This document shows, piece after piece, positions 5,732 to 8,554 of a DNA stretch of 8,554 nucleotides; position 1 is the stretch's first letter, and every line of letters begins with the position of its first letter. The translations under genes were made by a program, and so were the position numbers. The DNA is from a virus (Duplodnaviria > Heunggongvirae > Uroviricota > Caudoviricetes), in the IMG/VR virus record IMGVR_UViG_2609459863_000010, positions 1 through 8,554 of that record. One strand, written 5' to 3'. The notes below the pieces were generated by a model. It worked only from the letters and a program-made list of their open reading frames with translations. It was not told the DNA's origin and ran no database searches.

Positions 5732-5833
5732 CGTATTGCGGGCTGTAGTCTCCCTTCTGCCATTGTCCTGTAACTTCCGGACTTCAGCTCGCTCCTTATC
5801 TGACTCACAACATTATCCCGACCGGGAGGATTC

Positions 5834-7813
5834 ATGACATTTAAACACTACGATGTGGTCAGGGCGGCGTCGCCGTCAGACCTTGCGGAGCGACTGACAC
5901 AAAAACTGAAGGAGGGGTGGCAGCCATTTGGCAGCCCTGTCGCCATCACGCCTTATACCCTGATGCAGGCCATTGCGGCGGAAGGTGATGTCACCACACC
6001 TGTGGTGGTGAAGCCGTCGGATGGAGAAGGCACAGTTATCAGCACCACCAGCGAACCGGAGTATTACTTTGTTGTTGTTCTGGCGGGGCAGTCAAACTCA
6101 ATGTCTTTTGGGGAAGGGCTGCCGCTGCCGGAGACATATGACCGTCCGGACCCGCGTATTAAACAGCTGGCGCGTCGCAGTACGGTGACGCCGGGTGGTG
6201 CCGCCTGTAAATATAACGACATCATTCCGGCAGACCACTGTCTGCATGATGTGCAGGATATGAGTAACCTGAATCATCCTCATGCAGACCTGAGTAAGGG
6301 ACAGTACGGTTGTGTGGGGCATGCTCTGCATGTTGCCAAAAAGCTGCTGCCGTTTATGCCTGCGAATGCGGGTATCCTTCTTGTTCCATGTGGCCGTGGC
6401 GATTCGGGATTTACTGCGGGGGCCGAGGGGGCGTTTAACGAAGCGTCGGGAGCGACCGCAGGCTCGTCCCTGTGGGGGGCGGATAAACCGCTGTATCATG
6501 ACCTGGTCAGCAGAACCCGTGCGGCCCTGAAGAAAAATCCGAAGAACGTGCTGTTATCAGTGATCTGGATGCAGGGAGAAAAAGATGTCAGTTCGGGGAG
6601 ACATGCAGAACACAATGCGCTTTTCCTTGCCATGGTAAATCAGTTCCGTACGGAACTGGCAGATGTGGCAGAGCAGTGTACTGGCGGGACAACGGCCAGC
6701 GTCCCGTGGATTTGCGGTGATACCACGTACTACTGGAAGGAAAGGTATGCAGCGCCGTATGAGGCGGTTTACGGTGGGTATAAAGGCAAAGCTGCGCAGA
6801 ATATTCACTTTGTGCCGTTGATGACGGATGAGCATGGTGTGAATGTGCCGACAAACGAGCCGTCAGAAGATCCGGACATTATCCCGGCGGGATACTATGG
6901 CGCTGCGTCACGCACTGCCAGTAACTGGACGTCAGCCAATCGTAAAACGCACTTCAGTTCATGGGCGCGAAGAGGCCTTGTTTCAGACCGTCTGGCAGGT
7001 GCCATTTTGCAGTACGCCGGGCGGACATTATCGTTCCTTACCGGGCAGAGCGCACCGCTGTCGGGTGGTACAACTCCTGTCAGTCCGGGGACACCGGATG
7101 TTGAGAAACCGCAGGATGGCGGTGTTGCTGGTACTGGTCATGATGAGGCCGTGAGCAGTACCAGGACGGTGGCTGAATATGATGCGAACAGTGGAAATGG
7201 TGTATGGACAGAGCAGCAGTGGGGGGCTGCCGGTGGCAAAGGCACTGTGACTGATGACGGTGGACGGAAAGCGCTGCGACTGGAAAAACAGCCCGGTAAA
7301 CTGACGTCCTGGAAAATGTTCCGTACTGTTGCAGTGGAGGAGGCAAAAAATCTTCTCAGCAAGGGGGGTGAAATTGCCGTACGGTTCAAAATTCCGGATG
7401 GAAGCGAACTGGTGAACGGACAGTTTGTCTTTGGTCTCTACTGGCCGGTGTCGCAGTGGGCGTCAGGCGCGGCAGCAAACAGTATGCTGGCATCATTCTT
7501 CCTTCAGACGGATGCATCAAATCTGAATCTTATGCACCACAAGGGCACGTCGAATGCACAACTGGGCACATTTGGTGCGTTTGACCATAACTGGCATACG
7601 GTTGTTTTCCGCTTTGCGGGAAATAACAGCGAAAGAGTCGTTCCGGTGATTGATGGTGCAGAGCAGACGGCGTTTGACCTTGTGATGTGGACAAATGATG
7701 GCTTTACAGCAGATACGCTGACGCTGACAGATATCACGGGGGCAAAAGCGACGTATCCTGTACTGCTTGATACGGTCACTGTCAAAGTGAAAGAAAGCGA
7801 AGCAGCGGCATAA
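5834..7813 (+). CDS. nanS: Prophage sialate O-acetylesterase (NanS-p type): N-terminal DUF1737, SASA/SGNH-like esterase core, C-terminal extension
   Basis: 659 aa. N-terminus MTFKHYDVVRAASPSDLAE... matches the recalled NanS-p/DUF1737 start. The catalytic-serine block VVLAGQSNSMS is the GQSN motif of SASA esterases. RBS GGGAGGA at 5824-5830. In Stx phages this gene sits immediately downstream of stxB. Confidence 0.9.
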   Translation: MTFKHYDVVRAASPSDLAERLTQKLKEGWQPFGSPVAITPYTLMQAIAAEGDVTTPVVVKPSDGEGTVISTTSEPEYYFVVVLAGQSNSMSFGEGLPLPETYDRPDPRIKQLARRSTVTPGGAACKYNDIIPADHCLHDVQDMSNLNHPHADLSKGQYGCVGHALHVAKKLLPFMPANAGILLVPCGRGDSGFTAGAEGAFNEASGATAGSSLWGADKPLYHDLVSRTRAALKKNPKNVLLSVIWMQGEKDVSSGRHAEHNALFLAMVNQFRTELADVAEQCTGGTTASVPWICGDTTYYWKERYAAPYEAVYGGYKGKAAQNIHFVPLMTDEHGVNVPTNEPSEDPDIIPAGYYGAASRTASNWTSANRKTHFSSWARRGLVSDRLAGAILQYAGRTLSFLTGQSAPLSGGTTPVSPGTPDVEKPQDGGVAGTGHDEAVSSTRTVAEYDANSGNGVWTEQQWGAAGGKGTVTDDGGRKALRLEKQPGKLTSWKMFRTVAVEEAKNLLSKGGEIAVRFKIPDGSELVNGQFVFGLYWPVSQWASGAAANSMLASFFLQTDASNLNLMHHKGTSNAQLGTFGAFDHNWHTVVFRFAGNNSERVVPVIDGAEQTAFDLVMWTNDGFTADTLTLTDITGAKATYPVLLDTVTVKVKESEAAA

Positions 7814-7827
7814 CAGGCGAAAAAAGA

Positions 7828-7870
7828 GCCAGCGCCGGAGGGAAAACATATAAAGGAGCCGGGCGCTGGC
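7828..7870 (+). repeat. Inverted repeat (11/12-bp arms, 20-nt spacer) immediately after the esterase stop
   Basis: GCCAGCGCCGG ... CCGGGCGCTGGC with spacer AGGGAAAACATATAAAGGAG. No T-run follows, so it is not a canonical intrinsic terminator. Confidence 0.4.
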
Positions 7871-7960
7871 CAAACAAGGCAGCAAATATTGCTTAACTCT
7901 TATGTCCGTAGTTTTGTACCTTTTTTTACTGGATGTTTCAAATAATAACGGTAAGAAATT

Positions 7961-8155
7961 ATGACGTTAGTTCATCAGTTCATGCTGTACTTCTGTACGG
8001 CGGTATGCGTGCTGTATCTTCTTTCGGGTGGGTACAGGGCAGTGCGCGATTTCTGGCGCAGGCAGATTGATAAAAGGGCCGCAGAGAAAATCAGCGCCAG
8101 TCAGTCAGCCGGAGCAAAAACAGAAGCCCCACTCATTCCGGAACAACCTTCTTAA
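7961..8155 (+). CDS. Small hypothetical membrane protein (single predicted TM segment)
   Basis: 64 aa with N-terminal hydrophobic stretch LVHQFMLYFCTAVCVLYLLSGGY and a basic/charged tail. Weak RBS. Confidence 0.45.
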   Translation: MTLVHQFMLYFCTAVCVLYLLSGGYRAVRDFWRRQIDKRAAEKISASQSAGAKTEAPLIPEQPS

Positions 8156-8180
8156 TAACCCCTTTCAACGAGAAAATCCT

Positions 8181-8471
8181 ATGTCAGAAATAAAATCGCT
8201 GGTCACTGCTGAGGCAGTGAAGGAAGTCCTGCGCTCTGAAGAAGTCCGGAGCGCACTGAAACAGCAACTTCGGCAGAACCTTGAGGCGCGTCTTGATGCA
8301 GAAGTGGATGCCATTCTGGATGAATTGCTTGGTGCACAGCCGGAACCATCCCCGGAACTGCTTCCGGAACCACAGGCGGAAGATGTCACCACGGAAAATG
8401 GTGATATTCAGCCGGAGCCACCGGTGACGGATATGACAGACACACAACCCGAACCGGGCACAATGCTGTAA
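8181..8471 (+). CDS. Hypothetical acidic protein with a Pro/Glu-rich (PEP-repeat) C-terminal tail
   Basis: The ORF track gives 8028-8471, but the 5' part overlaps the preceding ORF. ATG 8181 (MSEIKSLVTAE...) is in frame and follows that ORF's stop. A strong terminator lies immediately downstream. Confidence 0.55.
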   Translation: MSEIKSLVTAEAVKEVLRSEEVRSALKQQLRQNLEARLDAEVDAILDELLGAQPEPSPELLPEPQAEDVTTENGDIQPEPPVTDMTDTQPEPGTML

Positions 8472-8481
8472 CGGCGGGGCA

Positions 8482-8519
8482 GGGCCATCAGTAAAGAGCT
8501 GGTGGCCCTTTTGTTGTTG
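8482..8519 (+). terminator. Intrinsic terminator
   Basis: GGGCCATCAG-TAAAGAG-CTGGTGGCCC, a 10-bp stem with one G-U pair, followed by TTTTGTTGTTG. Confidence 0.75.
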
Positions 8520-8554
8520 TGAGCTTCCGAGTACGGGAGACGGGGTATGTACCA

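Noticed and set aside
4863-5833. Shiga toxin genes (stxA/stxB) at the canonical position
   Set aside because: No ORF of suitable size (about 319 aa and 89 aa) or signal-peptide-like start is present in this interval; the slot is non-coding.
6098-7885. Multiple ORFs in other frames and on the other strand within 6098-7885
   Set aside because: All lie inside the esterase gene, which has a recognisable N-terminus and catalytic motif; they are shadow ORFs.
8028-8180. Upstream extension (start 8028) of the last ORF
   Set aside because: It overlaps the preceding small ORF by about 130 nt in another frame. The in-frame ATG at 8181 begins right after that ORF's stop and gives a more plausible N-terminus.
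1-8554. Integrase, att sites or insertion sequences
   Set aside because: No integrase or transposase-like ORF, and no long direct repeats flanking a segment, were seen. The tRNAs here are internal phage genes, not integration targets.

Overview
This window looks like the late-regulatory region of a lambdoid, Stx-phage-like prophage from an E. coli-like enterobacterium. Gene order on the + strand is: DUF968 protein, Q antiterminator, then an AT-rich two-gene module on the opposite strand, a small HTH gene, a beta-class DNA methyltransferase, three tRNA genes (Ile2-CAU, Arg-UCG, Arg-UCU), about 1 kb of non-coding DNA, a NanS-p-type sialate O-acetylesterase, and two small ORFs. The most interesting feature is the antisense module (1498-2886): a 313-aa soluble protein translationally coupled to a 147-aa multi-pass membrane protein. 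It resembles a divergent RexA/RexB-type abortive-infection pair, but sits immediately downstream of Q rather than in the immunity region. The second is the slot where stx genes sit in Stx phages: it holds no toxin genes, but two tandem copies of a roughly 175-nt candidate small-RNA gene, each with an extended -10 promoter, a closing helix whose arms differ between copies by compensatory substitutions, and an intrinsic terminator. All calls rest on reading the sequence and on recalled family knowledge; no database search was run.
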